Source: Longimicrobiales bacterium (lineage in GTDB: Bacteria > Gemmatimonadota > Gemmatimonadetes > Longimicrobiales > Gaopeijiaceae). From it: a stretch of 64,000 nt of DNA. Made by a program: the position numbers and the translations under genes. The notes under the pieces were generated by a model. It searched no databases, was not told the origin of the DNA, and saw nothing but the letters and a program-made list of their open reading frames with translations. Positions 10,015-19,274 of the stretch are shown here, piece by piece (position 1 is the first letter of the stretch; each line of letters opens with the position of its first letter). Location of the stretch: the NCBI GenBank assembly GCA_965238005.1, contig OZ250165.1, positions 4,096,001-4,160,000 of the forward strand. The letters are read 5' to 3'.

Positions 10015-10602
10015 GTGAACGAGCGCGCACAGGTCGTCTTCTACTTCGACTACGTCGACCCCGGATCCTACGTTATGGACGTACAGCTGGCGCGGCTTCT
10101 GCCCCCCGCAGTCGAGGTTGCCCGTCACCCGTTCGAGCTTCGCCCACCGCCCGAAGCCCTCATGGATCCGGGGAGCCCGGAATGGAGGACGTATCGGCAG
10201 TCCGTGACGGAACTCGCCGCGGCAGTCAAGCTCAGTCTGGCCTCCCCCGATTTCATGCCCTGGACCCGCAAGGCCCATGAGCTCAGGCTGCACGCCGCCG
10301 AGAAGGGCCTGGAGGGCCCCATCCACGACGCACTCTTTAAGGCACGATTCGAGGACGGGGCGGACATCGGGCGCGTCGACGTTCTGGTGGGTCTGGCGGC
10401 GGGCTTGGGCCTGGATCTGACCGAAACCAAAGCCGTGCTCGACGTGGACCGCTATGCGGATCGGGTCGCGCAGCTGAGACGCCTAGCGGAGGCAGAGGGT
10501 GTAGAGCGCACGCCTACCGTCCACATCGGCTCCGAGCGCCTTGAAGGTCCGCTGCGGATCGACGACCTTCGAGGGCTCTTGGAGGCGGCGCGTCTCGTGT
10601 AG
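10015..10602 (+). CDS. DsbA/FrnE-like thioredoxin-fold protein lacking CxxC
   Basis: FYFDYVDPGSY, HPFELRP, ADIGRVDVLV, GVERTPT; no Cys in the protein. Confidence 0.8.
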   Translation: MNERAQVVFYFDYVDPGSYVMDVQLARLLPPAVEVARHPFELRPPPEALMDPGSPEWRTYRQSVTELAAAVKLSLASPDFMPWTRKAHELRLHAAEKGLEGPIHDALFKARFEDGADIGRVDVLVGLAAGLGLDLTETKAVLDVDRYADRVAQLRRLAEAEGVERTPTVHIGSERLEGPLRIDDLRGLLEAARLV

Positions 10603-10660
10603 TTCGAGGGTTACGTGACGTGGCGGAAGTACCGCACGAGCCAATACAGAGGGGCACTCC

Positions 10661-10963
10661 ATGGCAGGTTATCAGCGCAAGACGGCTCTCTCACCATCGG
10701 AAGTCTTGTCGAAGGCCGAGGAGCTGCTTCCCGAGTGGATCGGCCTCACCAAATCGAAGAGCTCGACCCATGGTGCCACGTACACGGGCAACGAGGGCAC
10801 GGTCACGCTCACGGCCCATCGTCACGGCCCTTACACCGAGGTAGTCGCGTCCAGTGATCGACTGCGGACCTCCCGCATGGACTACGAGATCCAGAAGTTC
10901 CTGACCCAGCTTCCGTACGAGCCGGGGGACGCCGGTGGACGGGGATCCGGGGACCCTTCGTGA
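10661..10963 (+). CDS. Hypothetical protein (100 aa)
   Basis: GAGGGG RBS, normal codon use, stop overlaps next start (GTGA). Confidence 0.75.
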   Translation: MAGYQRKTALSPSEVLSKAEELLPEWIGLTKSKSSTHGATYTGNEGTVTLTAHRHGPYTEVVASSDRLRTSRMDYEIQKFLTQLPYEPGDAGGRGSGDPS

Positions 10964-12558
10964 CCCACTCCTTCGAAGATCTGGAGGTCATGCCGGAGCT
11001 GGTCGAGGCGCTGGCGGCCGAAGGGCTAGAGGAGCCTACCGAGTTTCAGCGAGCCGCCATTCCGGTCATGCGCCGGGGCAACAACCTTCTCGGGGCCGTC
11101 GGCCCTGGAGCCGGAACCCTGGTCGCCTACGGAGTTGCTCTCCTGGGGCGCATCGTGGCTGGGGCCGGACGGCCTGGAGCCGTCGTCCTCACCGCCACGA
11201 GCGAAGCCGCCACGGCCCTCGCCGAGTCCCTAGGACGGATCGCCCTCTCCACGGGCCACTCGCTCGGAGCGCTGGGAGGGGCGTGGGCCCTGCCCGAACG
11301 GACGGACGTCCTCTTCGGAACTCCACGAGAAATCCGAGCGGCGGTCGACGGTTCTCGGCTTACCCTCGAGGGTGTCCAGACCGTGGTCGTGGACGGAGCG
11401 AGCGCGATCGAGGCGGCCTCAGGGTTGGATTCCGTGAGCGCCCTCTTCGAGTATCTTGCGACCGGAACCCAGAGAATCGTCCTCAGCCTGCCGGTCACAC
11501 ATTCGGTCGAGACGCTCGTCTCGACACGCGTGCCCAAGGCGGTCCAGGTCCCGCCCCGCCCCATCGCCGAGGAGCAGGAGGCGCGGTCGCCGGATAGGGG
11601 GGAGCTGTGCTTCCGAGTCACCGGCGAAGACAAGGTGGAGGCCCTCCTCAGACTCGTGGCCGAGCTCTTAGCAAACGAGGCCCGGCACGTTCTGGTGTTC
11701 TGCCGCTCCGAGGACCGCGTCGCGGATGTCGCAGACTTTTTGGCCCTCCACGGCTACATGGCCGGGTCACCGGGAGACGACTCGCTTCCCCTATGGCTGA
11801 CCGTGGCACCGCTACAGGCCCGTCAGGCCCTGGCAAGCCTCGACTCACCGGAAGACGTGTCGACCGTCAGTCTGGACTGTCCGCCCGACGTGGACACCCT
11901 GGACCGACGCCACGGAGCCGGCGGCCAGGCCACGGTGTTACTCCTCTCGCGAGAAGTCCCCCACTTCAGGGACACGGCCCGGCGTGCCGGATACGGCGTC
12001 CGCCCCCTTCCGCCACCGCCGACGGTGGTAGAGGACCGCATCGGCGAGATCCGTCAACGACTGGTGGACGCAGTGAAACGGGAAGATCTCGCGCCCCACT
12101 TCCTGATCCTAGAGCCTCTCCTGGAACGCTTCAGCCCTCAGGAGCTCGCCGCCGCCGCCCTGGCTCTACTGTCCCGGCCAACCACTGCCACCGACGCCCA
12201 CCCGGCCGCCAAGGCCAGAGCCCAGAAGGCCACAGGGACCGACGGCTGGACGCGCCTCTTTGTCAGCGTCGGAGAGATGGAGGGCGTGAAGCCCGGCAAC
12301 CTCCTAGGGACGCTGGCCGGTGAGTCGGGCGTGGACGGATCCAACTTCGGGAAGATCGAGATTCGAGACACGTACTCGCTGGTGGAGGTGCGGCCCTCGG
12401 AGGCTGAGAAAGTCATCAAGGCGGTCAACGGCCTGAGTATCCGAGGACGCAGCACCCGGGTTGACTACGATCGGGGCGCGGGGAGTAAGGGCAGCAAGCC
12501 CGGAACTCGGGGGGGAACACACCCTCAGCCCCGCAGATCCGAGGATCCACGGGGCTGA
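10960..12558 (+). CDS. Degenerate DEAD-box helicase-like protein with C-terminal DbpA RNA-binding domain
   Basis: Q-motif PTEFQ retained; motifs I, II, III and VI degenerate; C-terminal RLFVSVG..VKPGNLLG..FGKIEIRDTYSLVEV. Confidence 0.85.
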   Translation: MTHSFEDLEVMPELVEALAAEGLEEPTEFQRAAIPVMRRGNNLLGAVGPGAGTLVAYGVALLGRIVAGAGRPGAVVLTATSEAATALAESLGRIALSTGHSLGALGGAWALPERTDVLFGTPREIRAAVDGSRLTLEGVQTVVVDGASAIEAASGLDSVSALFEYLATGTQRIVLSLPVTHSVETLVSTRVPKAVQVPPRPIAEEQEARSPDRGELCFRVTGEDKVEALLRLVAELLANEARHVLVFCRSEDRVADVADFLALHGYMAGSPGDDSLPLWLTVAPLQARQALASLDSPEDVSTVSLDCPPDVDTLDRRHGAGGQATVLLLSREVPHFRDTARRAGYGVRPLPPPPTVVEDRIGEIRQRLVDAVKREDLAPHFLILEPLLERFSPQELAAAALALLSRPTTATDAHPAAKARAQKATGTDGWTRLFVSVGEMEGVKPGNLLGTLAGESGVDGSNFGKIEIRDTYSLVEVRPSEAEKVIKAVNGLSIRGRSTRVDYDRGAGSKGSKPGTRGGTHPQPRRSEDPRG

Positions 12559-12565
12559 AACTAGG

Positions 12566-12603
12566 AGAGGCCACGCCCCCTGACCGCGTCGGGCGTGGCC
12601 TCT
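12566..12603. terminator. Hairpin between convergent genes
   Basis: AGAGGCCACGCCC / GGGCGTGGCCTCT perfect 13-bp stem. Confidence 0.6.
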
Positions 12604-12647
12604 ATCCGATCCTTATCCTCAGGGGGGCTAACCCGCCTGGGCCGTTC

Positions 12648-12932
12648 CTACAACTGGATGGCGTCTTTGAAACCCTTACCGGCGCGGAAGCCGGGGGTCT
12701 TCGAAGCCGGAATGTGAATCGTAGCGCCTGTACGAGGATTCCTGCCCATACGGGCCCTGCGGTGTTTCGCCTCGAACGTACCAAAGCCTGTGATCTGAAC
12801 GCGTCTGTCCATCCTCAGGGCCCCGGCGATGATGCCGCGTCCGCCAAAGAGTGCGTCCATGGCCCGAGAGGCGTCGGCCTTGGTCATGCCGGCGCGGTCG
12901 GCAAGGGCGGCTACCAGATCGGATTTGTTCAT
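12648..12932 (-). CDS. hup: HU family DNA-binding protein
   Basis: MNKSDLV..VQITGFGTF..GRNPRTG..IPASKTPGFRAGKGFKDAI; GAGGAG RBS. Confidence 0.95.
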   Translation of the reverse strand: MNKSDLVAALADRAGMTKADASRAMDALFGGRGIIAGALRMDRRVQITGFGTFEAKHRRARMGRNPRTGATIHIPASKTPGFRAGKGFKDAIQL

Positions 12933-13084
12933 TGCGTTGCTCCTCAAATGGTGTGATGAGATACGGATCACGGCCTCTGCTGGCCTTCATCGAGCCCCGA
13001 ACGGGGTTCTCACGGCTCGGGCCTATCGCGCGAGGATTTGAGCAAGTGGGACACGACTGATTCGGGCGAGCTTCGGTCTCGTCT

Positions 13085-13113
13085 AGAGTAAGGCCCCCCC
13101 CTTTGGCCGTCAA
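13085..13113 (-). promoter_or_regulatory. Sigma70-type promoter of the HU gene
   Basis: TTGACG-N17-TACTCT, about 150 nt upstream of the start codon. Confidence 0.55.
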
Positions 13114-13483
13114 GAGAAAATTCGCTGAAAACCCGCATCCTGCCTAGCTTCTGATGGAATCCGGGGTTCGCCGGCACTTCTCCACCGTTTTCAGGAGGCC
13201 TACTGAGCGATGCGAGTGTTCATCCCGCGCTTCCTGGGAGCCCTTGCTTACCTGGTCGGGCTCACCCTGGTCGGGGGCGTGGGCTACACCATCATCGAAG
13301 GGTGGGGGATCCACGATGCCCTCTACATGAGCGTCATCACCATCACGGCCGTGGGCTACTCGGAGGTGCTGCCCCTTTCCGAGCTCGGAAGGGACTTCAC
13401 CATGGTCCTCCTGGCGGCCGGAATCACCGGAGTGGGTATTTGGTTCGCCCTGATCACTTCGTTCATCGTCGAGTTCGACCTAG

Positions 13484-15085
13484 GAGTCTGCGCCGCAGAA
13501 CCCTGCGGCGGCTATCTTTGGTGGTAGCGAAGGCATTGGGAAGGCTTGCGGATCACCGAGGGGGGTGAATGGGAACGACATTTCGACCGTACGATCCGGA
13601 GCAGATGTTGTTGCTGCCTCCGGATCTTCGGGAGTGGGTGTCGGAGGGTCATTTGGCGCACCATGTGAGCGACCTGGTGGACGCGGTGGAGCTGAGCGCG
13701 TTCTACGGGCGGTACCGGGGGGACGGGCGGCGCAACTCGCCGTACGACCCTCGGATGATGGTCAAGGTGCTGATCTACGCGTATGCGACGGGCACCTTCT
13801 CGTCGCGGAAGATGGCGAGGAAGCTGGAGGAGGATGTCGCGTTTCGGATGCTGGCGGCGGAGAACTTCCCGAAGCACCGGACGCTGTGCGAGTTCCGCAA
13901 GCGCCATCTCGGGGATTTCCGGGCGGTGTTTGTGGAGGTGGTGATGCTCGCGCGGGCCTTGGGGCTGGCGGGGCTTGGCAGGGTGTCGGTGGACGGGACG
14001 AAGGTTCGGGCGAACGCGAACAAGCGCAAGGCGATGAGCTACGGCCGGATGGTGACCGGGGAGCCTCGGCTGGAGGCGGAGATCCGGGGGCTGTTGGAGA
14101 GGGCCGAGGCGGTGGACGAAGCGGAAGACGAGCGCTACGGCGAGGAAGCATGCGGAGACGAGGTGCCGGAGGAGCTCAAGCGGCGCGAGGACCGGCTGGC
14201 GGCGATCCGGGAGGCGAAGGCGCGCCTGGAAGCCGAGCAGAGAGCGGCGGACGACGCACGGGGCCGCAAGCCGGGGCAGACGCGCAACCCGAAGGGCGGC
14301 AGGCCCTACAAGCGGGAGTACGGAGAGCCGGACGAGGCGGCGCAGAGCAACTTCACGGACCCTGAGAGCCGGATCATGAAGACGAGTTCGGAGGGGTTCC
14401 AGCAGTGCTACAACGCACAGACGGTCGTGGAGGGGGAGAACCAGCTGGTGGTCGGGGCCGAGGTGACGGACAACGCGAGCGACCAGGGCCAGCTGGTGCC
14501 CATGGTCGACGCGGTGGCGCAAGCGTACGGCGAGACGCCGGCGCAGGTGCTGGCGGACACGGGCTATTGCAACGAGCGGGATCTCGAGGAACTGGAAGAG
14601 CGAGACATCGACGGGTATGTGGCGCTGGCCCGGGAGGGCAAGGCCGCCCCCACGGTTGACAAGGAGGAATATCCGGCGAAAGTCCGCATGGCGGAGAAGC
14701 TGGCGAGCGAAGATGGCCGCAGACGCTACGCACGGCGAAAGTCGCAGGCCGAGGCGCCCATCGGCTGGATCAAGGAAGTGATGGGCTTTCGACGATTCAG
14801 CTTCCGGGGCCTCGAGAAGGTCCGGGCCGAGTGGACCCTCGTGTGCCTGGCACTCAATGTGAAGCGGCTGCACACCCTTCAGGCGGCATGACTGCACGAG
14901 GGTTCACCCGCATCTGCCGGCGCGAGGGCTCTCGTAGCTCTCTTGCCCCCCCCAACGCATCCATTCCGCTCTCCCGATCCGTCGCAGACACAAGTCCTCA
15001 ACCTCCCAATCACCCGGATCCGCCTCGCCGCGGACGGCTCGATGACCATTCGGCTCAGTCAGCTGTGCTTCTGCGGCGCAGACTC
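13484..15085 (+). mobile_element. IS1182-family insertion sequence
   Basis: Perfect 17-bp TIRs GAGTCTGCGCCGCAGAA (13484-13500) / TTCTGCGGCGCAGACTC (15069-15085); CTAG duplicated at 13480-13483 and 15086-15089. Confidence 0.92.
13569..14891 (+). CDS. IS1182-family DDE transposase
   Basis: LLPPDLREWV..YDPRMMVKVLIYAY..SSRKM..VDGTKVRANA..TDPESRIM..YNAQ..ADTGY..EAPIGWIK. Confidence 0.93.
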   Translation: MGTTFRPYDPEQMLLLPPDLREWVSEGHLAHHVSDLVDAVELSAFYGRYRGDGRRNSPYDPRMMVKVLIYAYATGTFSSRKMARKLEEDVAFRMLAAENFPKHRTLCEFRKRHLGDFRAVFVEVVMLARALGLAGLGRVSVDGTKVRANANKRKAMSYGRMVTGEPRLEAEIRGLLERAEAVDEAEDERYGEEACGDEVPEELKRREDRLAAIREAKARLEAEQRAADDARGRKPGQTRNPKGGRPYKREYGEPDEAAQSNFTDPESRIMKTSSEGFQQCYNAQTVVEGENQLVVGAEVTDNASDQGQLVPMVDAVAQAYGETPAQVLADTGYCNERDLEELEERDIDGYVALAREGKAAPTVDKEEYPAKVRMAEKLASEDGRRRYARRKSQAEAPIGWIKEVMGFRRFSFRGLEKVRAEWTLVCLALNVKRLHTLQAA

Positions 15086-15933
15086 CTAGGCGACGTCAGA
15101 AGGAGACACCAGATCATGCGCAGCATCGAGGCCTTGAACGACCATATCGTCCTCTGTGGAGGCGGGCGGACGGGGCGGCAGGTCATGGAGGAGCTCCAGT
15201 CCCTGGGGCAAGAGTTCGTGGTCATCGAGCGCGATCCTACAACGCGTGGAGTGGATCCACGAGCAGTACTCCGAAGTGCTCACTGTGATGGGAGACGCGA
15301 CCCTCGACGCGAACCTGACGGAGGCCGGAATCCTCAGGGCCCGTGGACTCCTCACCTGTCTGAGCGCGGACCCGGACAACGTCTTCGTGTGTCTCTCTGC
15401 CCGCCACCTGAAACCCGACATGACAATCGTGGCATGCGCGCTGGAAGAGGCGGCCCTGGACAAGCTGTACCGGGCTGGCGCCAATCACGTGGTCAGCCCC
15501 AACGTCAGTGGAGCCATCCGCATGGCCTCCATGCTCCTCCGCCCCGAGGTGGTGACATTCCTCGACATCGCCACCCGTTCCGAGGGGCTCGAGCTCCGCT
15601 TCGAGCAGGCTGCCATCCTGCCCGACTCGAAGCTGGCGGGCCTCACCCTCATGGAGGCGCGTATTCCGCAGGAGACCGGCCTGATCGTCATCGCTGTGAG
15701 GAAGCAGACAGACGAGACCGATCAGTTCGTGTTCAACCCGGTGGCCGTCACACGGCTGGAGCCGGGTGACAAGATGATCGTGCTGGGACAGCCGAAGCAG
15801 GTAGATTTGCTGCGCAAATACGTCCAGGCCTGACCACGGCGTGGGCGCGGCCGGGATATCCCCGCCGGCCGGCTCACCCTGCCCATCTGGCAAGAAAAAG
15901 CCCCCGGGCGCCCGACATACGGCAGGGAGCCGA

Positions 15934-16119
15934 TCAGTCGTCGGCGTCCTCGGTCTTACGGCGGCAACGCTTGAACAGCGTCAACACCGCGTAGCCGACC
16001 AACATGATGAGGGCCAGCTTGAGCAACGCTCCCACCATCGGGAAGAACAATATGCCCAGCACCTTCCAGAGAACCACGCCCGAGAAGCTCAGCAAGGCGA
16101 CTTGACCAAGCATCCTCAT
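15934..16119 (-). CDS. Small membrane protein (61 aa)
   Basis: GGAGGT RBS, MRMLGQVALL..; two hydrophobic segments and a charged tail. Confidence 0.7.
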   Translation of the reverse strand: MRMLGQVALLSFSGVVLWKVLGILFFPMVGALLKLALIMLVGYAVLTLFKRCRRKTEDADD

Positions 16120-16160
16120 CTCGACCTCCCACTCCATGTAACTGCGACGACAGTGGTGTC

Positions 16161-16190
16161 CCCTACGGGCTGGCCAGAAACAGAGTTTCA
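16161..16190 (-). promoter_or_regulatory. ECF (SigW-like) promoter motif
   Basis: TGAAAC-N17-CGTAGGG upstream of the small membrane protein. Confidence 0.45.
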
Positions 16191-16286
16191 CGGGTGGAGG
16201 CGACCGGCGCGCCGCGGACTCTGCTGACTTGGACGAAAGAGGGCCGGGAGGGTTGGCTGTGGCGCCTTCGGGCACCGGGACCGATT

Positions 16287-16502
16287 CTACTTGTACCGGT
16301 AGGTCACACGGCCCTTGCTCAGGTCGTAGGGTGACAGCTCGACCTTCACCCGATCTCCCTCGAGGACGCGGATGTAGTGCTGCCTCATCTTGCCCGAGAG
16401 ATACGCCAGCACCTCGTGCCCGTTCTCCAACTCCACCCTGAACCTGGCGTTGGGGAGGACCTCGCTTACGGTCCCTTCGATCTCGATCGCTTCTTTCGCC
16501 AC
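16287..16502 (-). CDS. infA: Translation initiation factor IF-1
   Basis: [44 protein letters not shown]. Confidence 0.97.
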   Translation of the reverse strand: MAKEAIEIEGTVSEVLPNARFRVELENGHEVLAYLSGKMRQHYIRVLEGDRVKVELSPYDLSKGRVTYRYK

Positions 16503-16536
16503 TCGGTCTCACATCCGATCAGCTGATGGAACCCAG

Positions 16537-16565
16537 AGGATAGCACGCCCTCATAGGGCGAGCAA
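16537..16565 (-). promoter_or_regulatory. Sigma70-type promoter of infA
   Basis: TTGCTC-N17-TATCCT with an extended -10 TG. Confidence 0.5.
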
Positions 16566-16625
16566 CGGCCCCTGGAAGTGTCGGTCGTCCGGCCCGACAC
16601 ACAGGTCGACAACCGTGCCAGGCTC

Positions 16626-19031
16626 CTAGAAGCGGAGCCGGTAGCTGAGCTTCGCGAACAGGCCATCCGCCGTCGGCTGAACGTTCTCGAAACCGAAGCG
16701 GCGGGCGTCTTCCATCTCCCTCGTGTAGCCGAGGAAGAACCGCGTGCCCGGCGAGGGCTCATATGACAGGAGCACCTCGAAGACGATGCCGTTGTCGGCG
16801 GACCCTTCGAGGAGATCGCACCCGTCCTCGTCACACGATTCAAACGGGAGGCCCGTCTCGGGGTGCCCGAGGGCAGCCAGCTCCTGGCTGGAGTACTCCA
16901 CGATACCCCGCACGAAAAGCGCACGATTGAACTGATACTGCGCCTTGATCCGGGGGATGGTCGCGCGGGAGTAGCGGGACCCGTCCTGCTTACGGTTCAG
17001 CACCGAGTGTCGGACGCCGGCCTCCACGGAAAGGAAGCGCGTCGCGAGGAGCGTCAGGCTCACGTCCCCACCCCACCTGTCCACCACGTCCACAGGGGCC
17101 CCGGTGTCCCTGTAGAATATGGGCTCTTCCTTGAAGTTGGCGCTGATCCGGCCTCGCAGCCTATCCCATCCACTGGTAAAAATGAAGACATTGAAGCTAT
17201 TCAGCCCGCCGAACCGATCGTTATCGGGGAGGAACGGCTCCACCACACCGCCAGGCCGGGTGACGAGCCCCTCATAATCCTCGGCCGGAGAGTAGAACTC
17301 CGACCGGGTGCCCGTCACCCACACGCTGACGTTATTGCGCAGCGACAAGCTCATGGTGAGCCGGGCTGTGGCCTCTCTCCAGCGGTTCCCGTCCCAGAAG
17401 GCGTCGTGGTCCCAGTAGCCCTGCACATCCAGACTGGGTCCCCATCGCTCCACGAAATCCCCGCGTCCGCCGTACCAGTTGTAGGAGACCTGGGTCTGGG
17501 CGTGGGCCTCGGCCAAACGGCGAATGAACCCACTCTCCGGGCGGAACCCGGTGCTGAGGTCTTCGAAGAGGGCGCTGAAGGTCAGTCCCCGTCCCGCCCT
17601 CGTGAGTTGCGCATAGAACAAGCTGCCGGTGGAGGTCGCGCCGCCATCATCTCGGTCCCAGCTGGTGGCACCCTGAACCTGTAGAGTGTAGCGCCGGGCC
17701 AGTACGAAGCGTCCGTCCAAGCCCGTGACCCGGTTGAAGTCGTCGCTGTTCCTTGTCCGATCCGTGTAGATCGCTCCCACCGTGGACGCCGACCCGATGT
17801 CCTGACGCAGGCGGACCAGGTTCACGTACAGATTTCCTTCGTGGCCCGCCTGGTCGATGGCCCCCAGGTATCCGAGGTTGGCTCGGCCCACCTTGCCGGT
17901 GAGCTTCGCTCCGGTCATGGGATCGACGATGGTACGGGTGAAGACGAGCTGCCGGGGAAGTCCGAATATCTCGGTCCCCTCGAGGAAGAACGGGCGCTTC
18001 TCCGGGAAGAACAGGGCGAACCGCTCATTCACCGCGATCTGTCCGGCGTCCGCCTCCACCTGGCTGAAGTCCGGATTCACCGTGCCGTCCAGGGTGAGGT
18101 TCGACGTGATTCCGTACGTCATGTTGACGCCGAACTCCCCATTGGGATCGTCCCGGAAGAACTCGTCGTTCTCGTCGAGCGCGCCGTCTAGGCGTCCCGT
18201 GACGACGGGGTTGATCTCCATGAAGAGGCCCGGATCGAGATCCCGTAGCTCCAGGAGCTGGCCGGCCTCCAGGAGCTTGTTGGGCTGATTCGCGAAGCTA
18301 GGCGCCCACGACTGCTGGTAGCCGTGGCGTTGGATCCGGCGGGTCACCTGGATGCCCCACGACTGGACCGGGAGATCGGCGAACCGGACGCTCTTTAACG
18401 GGATCCTTATCTCAACCTCGTACCCCTGGTCGGTGAGGCGTCCCCCCGACTCCCAGATGAAGTCGGGATTGTCGTCGATGGGTGGCCGCCCGAACCCACC
18501 TCCTAAACCGCCGCCGCCCCCACGCCCGCCGCCGCGCCCTCCATGACCGCCGCTTCCACCCTCTAGCCAGATCCCGTCCTGTTGGACCCCGTACGGGTTC
18601 ACCGAGAAGGCGTACGCCCGTCGCTGGTCGTTGAACGTGTCCAGGACGACGCGGACGTAGTCGTTGGAGCGCGTGACCTGGTCGCGCTCCGTCATCGTCG
18701 CGCGGATTCCGTCCGGATCCGAGTCGAAGGCCTTGATGGCGAAGTAGACCGCGTCATCCGTCACGAAGACGCGCACCTCTGTGAGCTGCGAGGCGGGAAC
18801 GCTCTCCAACGGGTCGTATTGCGTGAAGCCCGTCAGGACCGGCGCGGCATCCCAGATGGACTCATCGATCCGGCCGTCCACGCGCACGTCCGGGTTCAAG
18901 AAGCGCGGCGTGACGATCTGGATCTGCCCCGCGGAGCCATCGTACTCCAGGGCGGCGGGGCGGGACGACACCGTGTCGGCCGGTGCCGGTGCGGCGCTGA
19001 GTTGTAGGATGGCAAACAGTACTGGGATCAT
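16626..19031 (-). CDS. DUF5916 / CBM9-like domain outer-membrane protein
   Basis: Signal peptide; VDGRIDE..W; VLDTFNDQRRAY; TVNPDFSQVEAD..FPEKRPFFLEG; C-terminal aromatic residue (YRLRF). Confidence 0.85.
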   Translation of the reverse strand: MIPVLFAILQLSAAPAPADTVSSRPAALEYDGSAGQIQIVTPRFLNPDVRVDGRIDESIWDAAPVLTGFTQYDPLESVPASQLTEVRVFVTDDAVYFAIKAFDSDPDGIRATMTERDQVTRSNDYVRVVLDTFNDQRRAYAFSVNPYGVQQDGIWLEGGSGGHGGRGGGRGGGGGLGGGFGRPPIDDNPDFIWESGGRLTDQGYEVEIRIPLKSVRFADLPVQSWGIQVTRRIQRHGYQQSWAPSFANQPNKLLEAGQLLELRDLDPGLFMEINPVVTGRLDGALDENDEFFRDDPNGEFGVNMTYGITSNLTLDGTVNPDFSQVEADAGQIAVNERFALFFPEKRPFFLEGTEIFGLPRQLVFTRTIVDPMTGAKLTGKVGRANLGYLGAIDQAGHEGNLYVNLVRLRQDIGSASTVGAIYTDRTRNSDDFNRVTGLDGRFVLARRYTLQVQGATSWDRDDGGATSTGSLFYAQLTRAGRGLTFSALFEDLSTGFRPESGFIRRLAEAHAQTQVSYNWYGGRGDFVERWGPSLDVQGYWDHDAFWDGNRWREATARLTMSLSLRNNVSVWVTGTRSEFYSPAEDYEGLVTRPGGVVEPFLPDNDRFGGLNSFNVFIFTSGWDRLRGRISANFKEEPIFYRDTGAPVDVVDRWGGDVSLTLLATRFLSVEAGVRHSVLNRKQDGSRYSRATIPRIKAQYQFNRALFVRGIVEYSSQELAALGHPETGLPFESCDEDGCDLLEGSADNGIVFEVLLSYEPSPGTRFFLGYTREMEDARRFGFENVQPTADGLFAKLSYRLRF

Positions 19032-19274
19032 CTGGCTTCGCTGCAGGCTGGACGCTGAGCCCGTCTAAATGACACTTGAGCCTTGTAGTATATCGAATGA
19101 GTGGCGCCAAGTGTGGACTCTGCGCCCGAGGCACCTCCAGCCACCACGTCATAGAGGACACGCTCCTGCCACAGACAGTTGAGAGCGGCCCTTGCGCCCA
19201 TCGCATGCCCGAGCCGCATATTCGCCTGGCCGCATGTCGGGACCTGCGCTTCAGTCTGTCGAAACCATGGGGAG

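Larger units (their letters stand above)
13210..15833 (+). pseudogene. Potassium channel with RCK/TrkA domains, interrupted by an IS and frameshifted
   Basis: Pore region YMSVITITAVGYSE (13210-13483); resumes at 15090 with DHIVLCGGGRTG; frameshift near 15238; then GDAT..AGANHVVSP and TrkA-C. Confidence 0.88.

Noticed and set aside
15230..15245. Programmed frameshift in the K+ channel gene
   Set aside because: No slippery sequence, and the gene is already IS-disrupted; decay or a sequencing error is more likely.
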